From Thermoanaerobaculia bacterium (GTDB lineage: Bacteria > Acidobacteriota > Thermoanaerobaculia > Multivoradales > Multivoraceae), in NCBI GenBank assembly GCA_963664405.1, contig OY761158.1, positions 5,536,001-5,600,000 of the forward strand: 64,000 nt of DNA, in the 5' to 3' direction. The notes beneath the pieces are model-generated. The model did not search any database. It was given only the letters and a program-made list of their open reading frames with translations, and was not told where the DNA came from. This document shows, piece by piece, positions 8,849 through 17,416 of this stretch (the first letter of the stretch is position 1; each line of letters starts with the position of its first letter). The position numbers and the translations under genes are program-made.

Positions 8849-10396
8849 GTGCCGGAACCTGAGAAGGGAGTAGCGTCCGATCCCAAGCGTATCGGCAAGT
8901 ACGATGTCGTCGAGCGGATCGCAGATGGGGGCTTCGCGGTGCTCTACAAGGGCTACGACCCCTTTCTCAAGCGGTCGGTGGCGATCAAGGTCTGCGTCTC
9001 GCAGGACGCCGAGCTGCGCCAGCAGTTTCTACGCGAGGCGGAGATCGCGGGACAGCTCGATCATCCGAATATCGTTCGTACTTTCGATTTCGGCTTCGAA
9101 TCCGCCGGCCCTTTCTTGATCCAGGAGTATCTCGAAGGAGAGGATCTCGAGCACAAGATCAAGCGGGGGGACGAGCTCAGTCTGCGCGGAAAACTGGGGC
9201 TCTTACAGGAGGTAGCCGAGGGACTTGCCTACTCCCACGACAGGGGAGTCCTGCACCTCGATATCAAGCCGGCGAATATTCGCCTCCCCGAGGCTGTCGA
9301 TGGGTCTTCCAGCGGCGTCAAGATCCTCGACTTCGGCATCGCCAGACTGGCCTCGAGCGGCGCGGAGGACAAACTCGATGGCATGGTCGGCACCGCCGGC
9401 TACGTGCCTCCCGAGCAGATTTCCGAAGGCGAAGTGGATGCGAGATCCGACGTCTTCGCCTTTGGCGCCGTTGCATATGAGCTGATCACCCATCGGCGAC
9501 CGTTTTCGGGGGCGACGGTCCCGGAGCTCTTGAAACAGGTCTTGGAAGGTCGCTCCTTGCCGCTGCTGCAAACGTGGGCGGATTGCCCGGAGTCGGTCGC
9601 CGGTCTCGTCGATCGCTGCTTGGAGAGCGACCCGGCCTCCCGCTATCAGAGCTTCGAGGATCTGCTTGCCGATCTGAGGTCGATCCTGGCCTATTTCCCC
9701 GCCCCCGAAGAGGCCGAAGAATGGGTGGTGGTGGCAGCTCCGGAGGAGTCACTGGCGGCGGATCCGTCGGGCGTCGAGGAGTCGCTGCCGGAAGAACAGC
9801 CGCTGATCTCAGAGCTCGAGGATGACGGGGATGAGGAAGCGGCTACCGCTCAGCCTATCGAGCAGGGGGGGGCCGTCGAGGAGGGCGGAGCGCAGGATCG
9901 TGCTCCAAGCCCGGACGGTGTGGTTGCAAGCGAGCCGGTAGAGGGCCGGCACGGCAGTCGTTCGAGGGCGGTGGGGTGGTTGGTGGTGGCGGCCACGACG
10001 GTGATCGCAGTGGTGACTCTAGTTGGCAGGCTGGTCCCCGAGAGCGAAGAAGCGCCGACGCTCGCTGAGCGGGTGCTGACGGTGACGAGTGCTCCGTCAG
10101 GGGCGGGTCTGACGAGTCGGCAGGGGGTGTTGGTGGTCTCCGCCGTCCCCTGGGGTGAGGTCCGAGGCGTTGTTGGCGCGAATGGAGCGAGGGTAGAGCT
10201 TCCGTCCACGGCGGTAACACCGCTGCGCATCGTGCTGCCTCCCGGGTCCTACCGGGTCGAGGTGGTGGGGGCCGAGACCGACGAGGCGTGGACCTGCGAT
10301 GCGCATATCGTCGAGGGGGCCACTCACATCTGCCACGCGACCCTGGGCAGCGTCGGGGTCACCCAGTATTGGAAGGAGATGGGCTGGTGGCGCTAA
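8849..10396 (+). CDS. Membrane-anchored Ser/Thr protein kinase
   Basis: GGFAVLYKG, VAIK, HLDIKPAN, DFG, GTAGYVPPE; acidic linker, one TM and a C-terminal PEGA-like beta domain. GTG start inferred. Confidence 0.88.
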   Translation: MPEPEKGVASDPKRIGKYDVVERIADGGFAVLYKGYDPFLKRSVAIKVCVSQDAELRQQFLREAEIAGQLDHPNIVRTFDFGFESAGPFLIQEYLEGEDLEHKIKRGDELSLRGKLGLLQEVAEGLAYSHDRGVLHLDIKPANIRLPEAVDGSSSGVKILDFGIARLASSGAEDKLDGMVGTAGYVPPEQISEGEVDARSDVFAFGAVAYELITHRRPFSGATVPELLKQVLEGRSLPLLQTWADCPESVAGLVDRCLESDPASRYQSFEDLLADLRSILAYFPAPEEAEEWVVVAAPEESLAADPSGVEESLPEEQPLISELEDDGDEEAATAQPIEQGGAVEEGGAQDRAPSPDGVVASEPVEGRHGSRSRAVGWLVVAATTVIAVVTLVGRLVPESEEAPTLAERVLTVTSAPSGAGLTSRQGVLVVSAVPWGEVRGVVGANGARVELPSTAVTPLRIVLPPGSYRVEVVGAETDEAWTCDAHIVEGATHICHATLGSVGVTQYWKEMGWWR

Positions 10397-11658
10397 TCCG
10401 TTGCTCCGCCGCTCTCGGCGAAGAGCTTCGGGGCTGGTCCCCGTCGTGGCTGCTTGGCTTGGTTGTGCTTCTGGCCCTCGGCTTGTCGGCGACTCCTGTC
10501 TCCGCACAGTTCCTGGCGCACTACAAAGCCGGAGTCGAGGCGGTGAGTGCGGAAGATTGGGAAGCCGTTGCCGATCTCATGTCCAAAGCGATCGAAGAAC
10601 GCCCCGAAGAGAGAAACCGTCTCCCGGCTCGATTCTACATGCGCGCCTACATTCCCCACTTCTACCTGGGCGTCGCCCGTCATCGTCTCGGCGATTGTGA
10701 AGGCGCTCTCGAGGCATGGGCGAATTCGGAGGGGCAGGGAGTTCTGCCGGGCTTGGAAAGCGCGATGCGGTTGGTGGCGGTGGGCCGCGAGGCTTGCCAG
10801 CGTGAAGACGAGCTCGCGGTGGCGCTGGCGGACGCGAAGAAGGAGCTCGCGGCCGCATCGGTCGGGGCTGCGGCCCTCCTCAATTTGGCGCGGCGCGATT
10901 TCACCAGGGATGTCTGGGAGGTCGGAGATCCAGCGCCTGCGGTTCGTCACAGAGAGGGATTGGGCCTGCTTGCGGAGTCCCGAAGGCATTTGGCCACCCC
11001 ACAGCCGACCCTCGCGGACGTTCGAGAGGCACAGACCTCGATTCGTCGAGCCAACCAGCTCTTCGAGACACTGCGCGTCGACGTGCTTGACCTGACCGAG
11101 CAGAGGGAGCGGGCGATAGGGACGAGTCAGAAGGGGGTCGGCGAGCTCGGTGATCGAGCCCGAAGCATTCTCGCGCAGACCGAGTATTTAGCTCCCTATC
11201 CAACGCGGATTGGGCGTGCGCGTACAGAGCTCGAGGCGTTGGTCGGAGAGGTGGAACGGAGGAGCTCGGTGATCGAGAGCGACTATCTCGCGGGGCTCAA
11301 TTTCAGACTCCGCAACTCGCTCTCCGATCTCGAGTCGGCGGCCGAGCCTCCATCGAAGGTGCTCAGCTCGGCGGCCGAGGCATTCATCGTCGGCAGATAC
11401 GATGAAGCGGTCGAGACCTTGGATGCGGCCAGACTTCCGGACCGGCGCTCCCGCGCTCACGCTTCGTTGCTACTGGCTGCCGCGCGGTACGCCCTCTTCC
11501 TCGACGGCGGGCAGGTCGACAGCAGGCTGTTGGAAGCCGCCGTCGAAGAAGTGCGTGCGTGCCGAGGGGCGGACCGGAGCGTGACTCCCTCGTCGCGGAT
11601 CTTCTCGCCGCGCTTCGTCGAATTTTTTGCCGAGAGCGCTGCCTCGGGTAGCGGTTAG
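10387..11658 (+). CDS. Exported helical/TPR-like hypothetical protein
   Basis: Signal-like hydrophobic N-terminus ending VSA-QF; TPR-like YIPHFYLGVA; follows the kinase directly. Start uncertain. Confidence 0.65.
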   Translation: MALIRCSAALGEELRGWSPSWLLGLVVLLALGLSATPVSAQFLAHYKAGVEAVSAEDWEAVADLMSKAIEERPEERNRLPARFYMRAYIPHFYLGVARHRLGDCEGALEAWANSEGQGVLPGLESAMRLVAVGREACQREDELAVALADAKKELAAASVGAAALLNLARRDFTRDVWEVGDPAPAVRHREGLGLLAESRRHLATPQPTLADVREAQTSIRRANQLFETLRVDVLDLTEQRERAIGTSQKGVGELGDRARSILAQTEYLAPYPTRIGRARTELEALVGEVERRSSVIESDYLAGLNFRLRNSLSDLESAAEPPSKVLSSAAEAFIVGRYDEAVETLDAARLPDRRSRAHASLLLAAARYALFLDGGQVDSRLLEAAVEEVRACRGADRSVTPSSRIFSPRFVEFFAESAASGSG

Positions 11659-11673
11659 AGGGCGCCCGGCAGC

Positions 11674-12069
11674 TCAGTGCACCGCTCGGCCAGGGCCGGA
11701 GGTGCTGGGATCCTCGAAGCCGTGAGAGAGAACGAAGAAATAGGCGGCGAAGCGGTCGCGCTCGTTCTCCGAGATGAGCTCGAAGATGAACTCTCCGTCA
11801 TGGTCTCCTTCGTAGCCCTGGATGTAGGCCACATTCTCCGTCTGGAGGATCAGCTCGCTCATCAGGCGCTTGCCGCGGATGAGCTGGACCACCATGATCT
11901 CGGTCCCTTCGCTGTCGAAGTGCCAGTGGAGATCATCGTCGTCGTAGATCGCGGTGTCGGGCGTGCCCGCGCGCAGAATGCAGTTCGGATGAGTGCGGAG
12001 CCAGCTCCAGAACTCGTCGAAGGAGAGCGTCGGTGTTTGCCGCTCGCGAGTAGTCGGATCAAGAACCAT
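11674..12069 (-). CDS. Hypothetical protein (acidic, 131 aa)
   Basis: Protein-like composition (HPNCILRAGTPD...YFFVLSHGF); fills the gap between flanking genes. Confidence 0.7.
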   Translation of the reverse strand: MVLDPTTRERQTPTLSFDEFWSWLRTHPNCILRAGTPDTAIYDDDDLHWHFDSEGTEIMVVQLIRGKRLMSELILQTENVAYIQGYEGDHDGEFIFELISENERDRFAAYFFVLSHGFEDPSTSGPGRAVH

Positions 12070-12125
12070 AATCTGCGTATCCTAGCCGGGAGTCGAAATC
12101 TGCGCCAGCCGGTGGCTGGTCTCCG

Positions 12126-12896
12126 CTAGGCGATGCTTCTGCCGCCATCGACATCGAGACAGACACCGGTGAGGAAACAGGCGTCGTCCGAGGCCAGGAA
12201 GAGCACTGCGGCGGCTACGTCGCTCGGTTTGGTCAGGCGGCGCAGAGGGATCCCTTTCTCCAGTGCCTCGCGAGCGCGGTCGGGTAGCGAGCTTCCGCCA
12301 AAGGGGCCCTTCATGAAATCGGTGTCGGCGGCAACGGGGTTTACGGCGTTGACCCTGACCTTGTCCCTGGCCAGCTCACCGGCGAGGCCGCGCGTCATCG
12401 TGAGCACAGCGCCCTTGGTGGCGTTGTAGGCCGTCACGTTCGGTCGTGGTCGGATGGCGCCGATCGAAGCGGTGTTGACGATCACGCCGCCGCCCTCGCG
12501 GAGGAGAGCGAGGCCGTGGACCACCGAAAGATAGACGCTCTTGGTATTGGTGGCGAACACCCGATCGTAGTCTTCCTCGGGGAGGTCGGCGAGAGGGGTG
12601 TTGGCGTGGGAGTAGCCGGCATTGTTGACGAGAACGTCGAGACCGCCGAAGGCCTCCTGTGTCCGCTCCACCAGGCGCTTCCAGTCGGCAGAGAGCGAGA
12701 CATCCGTGGCGACGAAGATCGCCTCGCCCCCAGCCCCTTCGATCTCCTGGACTACCTTGCCGCCGCCTTGCTCGTCGATGTCGGCGACGACGACGCGGCC
12801 TCCCTCGGCGACGAATCGTCGCGCGATGGCTTCGCCGAAGCCGCCCGCGGCACCGGTGACGATCGCGGTCCTACCCTCGAATCTGCGTTGACTCAC
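12126..12896 (-). CDS. SDR family oxidoreductase
   Basis: TGAAGGFG, NNAG, YNATK, VRVNAVNP, LDVDGG. Confidence 0.92.
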   Translation of the reverse strand: MSQRRFEGRTAIVTGAAGGFGEAIARRFVAEGGRVVVADIDEQGGGKVVQEIEGAGGEAIFVATDVSLSADWKRLVERTQEAFGGLDVLVNNAGYSHANTPLADLPEEDYDRVFATNTKSVYLSVVHGLALLREGGGVIVNTASIGAIRPRPNVTAYNATKGAVLTMTRGLAGELARDKVRVNAVNPVAADTDFMKGPFGGSSLPDRAREALEKGIPLRRLTKPSDVAAAVLFLASDDACFLTGVCLDVDGGRSIA

Positions 12897-13053
12897 GAAG
12901 CGGCCTCTCTCTTTTCGGCTCACCGATCGAATCGGCAAGGGGATCTATGGTACTTCAGTGACCGAGGCCCCGGCATGCTGAGGAAGGCCTTGCACTACCT
13001 CTGCTATTTGTTCCGGCACTGTTGGGCTCGTAGATAGGTGGGGCTTCTGGCGG

Positions 13054-13737
13054 TCATTCGATGGCGAGGTTGTGGCCTACGACCTTGATGCGCATCGAAT
13101 TGCCCTGGAACCATGGGCCCGGGTTCACGATCTGGCTGTGCCCGATGTGGTCGCGACCGATCGACTCGTGGATGTGCCCACAGATGACCAGCTCGGGCTG
13201 ATAGCGCTCGATCGCCTCGCGTATAGCGTGGGAGCCTACGTGCCGACCTCGCGCCTGGTCACAGGCGGTGCCGTGGGGCGGTTGGTGACTGAGAAGCACC
13301 GTGGGTCCCGAAGCGTCGAGTGTCGCTGCCGCGGCGAACGCCTGGTCGGCAGCCGCCTCGAATTCCCCTTCGCTGCGCTCGTAGGGACAGCCCCCGAAGG
13401 GGAGTCCGCCGGAGATACCGACGAGTTTCAAGTCGCCGAACGAGCGGGCGGTGCGATCGAGGTCCAGCTCCTCGGCGGCGAGATAACCCTCGACTTCGGG
13501 CTTGTCGCAGTTTCCGCAAACGGCGAGTACCGCGACTTCGTCGGCGCGGAGCTCTTCGATGATGGCGCTCGCCTCCTCGACTCCACGGAAGTTGGTCAGG
13601 TCGCCGCCGAGGAGGACGAGGTCCACTCCCTGCACATCAGGAAGGTCGAGGGGTCGCGAGGGGGACCGATGAAGGTCGACGAGGGCGAGGATGGACAGCC
13701 CGGCGGCCTCGCTTCGCGGTGGCGGATCGTCCGGCAC
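13054..13737 (-). CDS. Metallophosphoesterase (calcineurin-like, Icc-related)
   Basis: DLH, GGDLT, GNCD, SHQPP, CGHIHE, NPG motifs. Confidence 0.88.
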   Translation of the reverse strand: MPDDPPPRSEAAGLSILALVDLHRSPSRPLDLPDVQGVDLVLLGGDLTNFRGVEEASAIIEELRADEVAVLAVCGNCDKPEVEGYLAAEELDLDRTARSFGDLKLVGISGGLPFGGCPYERSEGEFEAAADQAFAAAATLDASGPTVLLSHQPPHGTACDQARGRHVGSHAIREAIERYQPELVICGHIHESIGRDHIGHSQIVNPGPWFQGNSMRIKVVGHNLAIE

Positions 13738-13749
13738 GGGTCGTCGATG

Positions 13750-14133
13750 TTACTGGACGAGCAGGGTGCCTTTCATCATCCGACCGTGCAGCTCGCAGGT
13801 GTATTCGTGTCGGCCCGGCTGCGCAGGTGCGCGGAAGGACATCGTCATAGAGCTTCCGTCGCCGGGAAGCACGCTGCTTCTCAAACCAAGATCGGCGACT
13901 GTGAGGTCGTGATCGATGCCACGGTCGAGATTGATGAAAGTGAATCTGACCTCTTCGCGAGGGGCGAGCTTCAAGGTGGGGTTGGCGACGTCGCTGTCCG
14001 GCGTATAAAAGGCCATGTTTCGAGCGATCAGAGTGATCTCGTGCTCTGGAGCCGAGGCTCCGGCCATGAGAGCCAGAGCCGTCGCGACTAGAGCCAGCGC
14101 GGAGAGGGAGGCGGTCGTGATCTTCTTACCCAT
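13750..14133 (-). CDS. Exported cupredoxin-domain protein
   Basis: Signal peptide; type-1 Cu ligands H(DL)...CELHGRMM. Confidence 0.85.
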   Translation of the reverse strand: MGKKITTASLSALALVATALALMAGASAPEHEITLIARNMAFYTPDSDVANPTLKLAPREEVRFTFINLDRGIDHDLTVADLGLRSSVLPGDGSSMTMSFRAPAQPGRHEYTCELHGRMMKGTLLVQ

Positions 14134-14142
14134 GATTCTTCC

Positions 14143-15336
14143 TCAGATCAACATGCCGGTTGCGTACATGAGAGCGAAGCCGGCCAGCAGTCCCCCCATG
14201 ACGGGGCGACTCCCGACTAGCGAGGCGATGGCTCGGGATCCCGCCACCTGGCGGGTGATTTGGGCTACTACCTGGGCGATGGCACCTGCCGCGATAGCCA
14301 AGAAAACCACCGACCACAAGAGCGAATAGACGATTCCACCGATCCAGGCGCCGGCGATCGTCGGTGCGCCGGCGACCAGGCCTACCAGCACGAAGTGGGT
14401 GATCGGAACGCGGCTGCCAACGAGTGGGGCGACGATGGCGAGCCCTTCGGTGGTGTTGTGCAAGGTGAAGCCGACGATCAAGAGCGCTCCGAGGCTGATC
14501 TCGCCAAGTCCGTAGGCGGCGCCGATGGCGAGGCCCTCTCCGAAGTTGTGGAGACCGATTCCGATGGCGATTAGAAGCGAAGTGATCCAGCCGGCTCTCT
14601 CTCCGCTGTACCTTCCTCGCAACCAGGCGCCGAGAGTCTCGATGCCCAGAAAGGAGAGTAGGGCGACACCGAGGAAGAGCACGGTCCCTTGGTAGGAGGC
14701 TGCGATCTCGCCGGCGGCCTCGAGCCCGTCTTCGACCGTGTCGATGAGTAGAAAGAGCAGAAGGCCAAGGGTGAGAGCCAGAACGAAGTCGAGTCCGCGG
14801 CGGCCGAGACGGCCGACCGCCGGGTACCAAAGGAGCCCCAGGGCTACCGGGATCACGCCAACATAGAGTCCGATCAGGGTAAATACCACGAAGAAGCGCC
14901 AGCTCGGAGTGGGAGTCTCGGTGGCGACTGCGATCTCGTGATCGAAGGTGATGCCGCTCGAGGTGATGACTCTGAGCTCGTGGGTCTCGGTCGCGACCCA
15001 GGGGTAGGGGATCTCGAGACGGGCCTGGTCGAGGTGAGAGAGCTCGCCGGCAGGTGTTTGCGAGAAGCTCCAGTAGGCCTCGTCAATAATCACTTGCGCG
15101 ATGGTTACCGGGTCGGGGCCGTCGTTCAGCATCGTTGCCGTGATGCCGTCCGGGGTGAGCTCCACTCGTTGGAAGACGAGCTCTTCCACTGGCGGTCTGT
15201 CGCCCCGAATCGCCTTTGCCGGGTCGGACTCCACTACCAGCCAGAGCAGACCGGCCAAGAGAAGCAGCGGAATCAGCGCCATCAACCAGACCGGCGCTCC
15301 GCTCTTGCCTCCTGCGGATTTCGATTCGTGAGACAT
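14143..15336 (-). CDS. ZIP family metal transporter with an N-terminal extracytoplasmic domain
   Basis: GIGLHNFGEGLAIG and LHNTTEGLAI ZIP motifs. Start overlaps the upstream oxidase stop. Confidence 0.9.
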   Translation of the reverse strand: MSHESKSAGGKSGAPVWLMALIPLLLLAGLLWLVVESDPAKAIRGDRPPVEELVFQRVELTPDGITATMLNDGPDPVTIAQVIIDEAYWSFSQTPAGELSHLDQARLEIPYPWVATETHELRVITSSGITFDHEIAVATETPTPSWRFFVVFTLIGLYVGVIPVALGLLWYPAVGRLGRRGLDFVLALTLGLLLFLLIDTVEDGLEAAGEIAASYQGTVLFLGVALLSFLGIETLGAWLRGRYSGERAGWITSLLIAIGIGLHNFGEGLAIGAAYGLGEISLGALLIVGFTLHNTTEGLAIVAPLVGSRVPITHFVLVGLVAGAPTIAGAWIGGIVYSLLWSVVFLAIAAGAIAQVVAQITRQVAGSRAIASLVGSRPVMGGLLAGFALMYATGMLI

Positions 15337-16379
15337 CAAGCGCTCTCTACGGCTTCGAAGAAGCCCATCCAACCGAGCTCGGCGAACTCGCTTTGGTGGG
15401 CGTGAAACATGAAGCGGCCGGGGTAGCGGAAGGTGGTCTCCAGAACCGCCCTCTCGCCCTGACAGAGCATCAGGGTGTCGGTCGTCTCGGAAGGCTCGAG
15501 TCGCGTCCCGGTGCGGATGACGTCGAAAAACATCCCGTGCAGGTGAAGGCTGTTGATGGGGTCGAACTCGGTCAGGTTGACGAGATAGATCCGAACCGGC
15601 TCTCCGACTTTCACCTGAATCGGCTCGGCCATGTGGTGGAAGCCGACGCTGTTGACGGCATAGACCTCGTTGTCGCCGTCGAAGTTGGTGTCGAAGCCGT
15701 TCATGATCATCACGATCTCGTCGGCAGGAGCGCGAGGAGTCTTCGGGTCGACGACGAAGGCCCCGTAGAGGCCCTTGTGGATGTGCCTCTTCAGCGGGAC
15801 CGCGTGACAGTGGTAGAGGTGCAGACCAAAAGGCTCGGCGTCGAACTCATAGAGGAACTCGTCGCCGGGTGCGACCTGATGCTCAGTGAGAGAGCCGTCC
15901 ATCTCGGGGCGGTGCCAACCGTGGAAATGCAGCGTATGAGGGTGTGATCCCTGGTTGACGAAGTGAATGCGGATGCGGTCGCCCTCGGTGGCGCGGAGAG
16001 TCGGGCCCGGCACTTGTCCGTTGTAGGTCCAGGCGGGGAAAAAGATTCCCGGCGCGATCTCGATCTCTCGATCGACCGAGAAGATCTCGTATTCGCGGAG
16101 CATGGTTCCGTCTTCTCGCGCTGTTTCCTTGTAGAACTGGCTCCTTTCCGATGCCGGTAGGTCGGAGAAGTTCCACGCCCGCAAGAAGGCCGTGGGGTCA
16201 AAGGACTCGGTGTCTACGCGGCCGACGGCTCCCATCGCATGGGTATGCAACCGACCCGCCATCGGCAAGTCGGCGCCTTGGCCGTGGCGCGACGCCACGA
16301 CGCCGACACCCGCCGTGAGGGAACCGAGTCCGGCCGCGCGTAGTATGGAGCGACGTGAGATTTGCCATTTCGTGAACAT
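15336..16379 (-). CDS. Tat-exported two-domain multicopper oxidase
   Basis: SRRSIL twin-arginine signal; HPHTLHFHG, LYHCHAVPLKRHIHKGLYG, LHLHG, MFHAHQSEFAELG. Confidence 0.9.
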   Translation of the reverse strand: MFTKWQISRRSILRAAGLGSLTAGVGVVASRHGQGADLPMAGRLHTHAMGAVGRVDTESFDPTAFLRAWNFSDLPASERSQFYKETAREDGTMLREYEIFSVDREIEIAPGIFFPAWTYNGQVPGPTLRATEGDRIRIHFVNQGSHPHTLHFHGWHRPEMDGSLTEHQVAPGDEFLYEFDAEPFGLHLYHCHAVPLKRHIHKGLYGAFVVDPKTPRAPADEIVMIMNGFDTNFDGDNEVYAVNSVGFHHMAEPIQVKVGEPVRIYLVNLTEFDPINSLHLHGMFFDVIRTGTRLEPSETTDTLMLCQGERAVLETTFRYPGRFMFHAHQSEFAELGWMGFFEAVESA

Positions 16380-16425
16380 TTTTTAGGGGATACGGGCGCA
16401 GCAGTCGAGGGCGCCTAGAAGTATT

Positions 16426-16441
16426 TTTTGACTAATCAAAA
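16426..16441. promoter_or_regulatory. Palindromic operator, putative metal-responsive repressor site
   Basis: TTTTGA-CTAA-TCAAAA inverted repeat directly downstream of the -10 box, in an AT-rich island. Confidence 0.65.
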
Positions 16442-16469
16442 TTATAGCCATTGCAGGGCTCGGCGTCAA
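16441..16469 (-). promoter_or_regulatory. Sigma70-type promoter of the MCO-ZIP-cupredoxin operon
   Basis: Minus strand TTGACG (16469-16464), 17 bp spacer, TATAAT (16446-16441). Confidence 0.8.
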
Positions 16470-16590
16470 CTTCTGGTGCCGGGCGTGGTTCGCACCAAGG
16501 CGCTCCAGCTAATCGGGGCTGGGTGTCATAGTATGGGGGCTCGCACCCAAGAAACTATCGGCCCGAGGGCTTGAAGAGGGGGCAGCTTCG

Positions 16591-17400
16591 ATGAGAAATC
16601 GAGAATTGAGAGTTGGTCTTTTGGGAGCGCTAGTGCTGTTGGTGCTTGGCGGTTGTGCGAGCACGGGCGGTGGCGCTGACATCAGCGCTGACGCCCCGGC
16701 GGCCGCGCCGAAGGTCGACGTCAAGAACGAGGTAGGCGAGAACGGTCTACTGACCCCGGCGGCGATCGTCGCCCGTACGGTCGAAGCAATGGGGGGCGAA
16801 GCCGCGCTCCGCGCGCACAGCTCGTCAACCAGCAAGGGGAAGATGATCATCGCCGCCATGGGTATGGAGGGGGATCTGACCCTGCACGCCGCCGCGCCCG
16901 ACAAGATGATCATGGTCATCGATACCCCGATGGGGTCGGTGAATACGGGCTACAACGGCGAAGTGGGCTGGTCGGACAACCCGATGACCGGCTCCTCGGT
17001 GCTCGAGGGCTCACCGCTGACGCAGATGAAGCAGCAGGCCAGCTTTTATGGGCCTCTCGACTACGATGAGCACTATCCCAGCCAGGAGACCACCGAGGAG
17101 GTGGACTTCAACGGCGAGATGGCCTACAAGGTGCGAATGGTGGACGTCGATGACAACGAGAGCTTCTTATACTTCTCGAAGGAGTCGGCGCTGTTGATCG
17201 GCATTCAGGCGACCCGGGAAGAGGGGGAGTCGACGGTACGCCTCTCGAAGTACATGGACTTCGGTGGCACCAAGATGGCGACCGTTACCACCCTCGAAGT
17301 CCAGGGGATGGAGATTCAGAATGTCATCGAGACGGTGACCTTCGACGATGTCGAGGATGGAGCGTTCGAGCCGCCGGATTCGATCAAGTCGCAACTCTAG
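16591..17400 (+). CDS. Lipoprotein, LolA-like/outer-membrane sorting fold
   Basis: Lipobox LGGC; AMGG...GYNGEVGW...FEPP pattern typical of DUF620/LolA-like proteins. Confidence 0.7.
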   Translation: MRNRELRVGLLGALVLLVLGGCASTGGGADISADAPAAAPKVDVKNEVGENGLLTPAAIVARTVEAMGGEAALRAHSSSTSKGKMIIAAMGMEGDLTLHAAAPDKMIMVIDTPMGSVNTGYNGEVGWSDNPMTGSSVLEGSPLTQMKQQASFYGPLDYDEHYPSQETTEEVDFNGEMAYKVRMVDVDDNESFLYFSKESALLIGIQATREEGESTVRLSKYMDFGGTKMATVTTLEVQGMEIQNVIETVTFDDVEDGAFEPPDSIKSQL

Positions 17401-17416
17401 TCAGAGAGTCGGCTCG

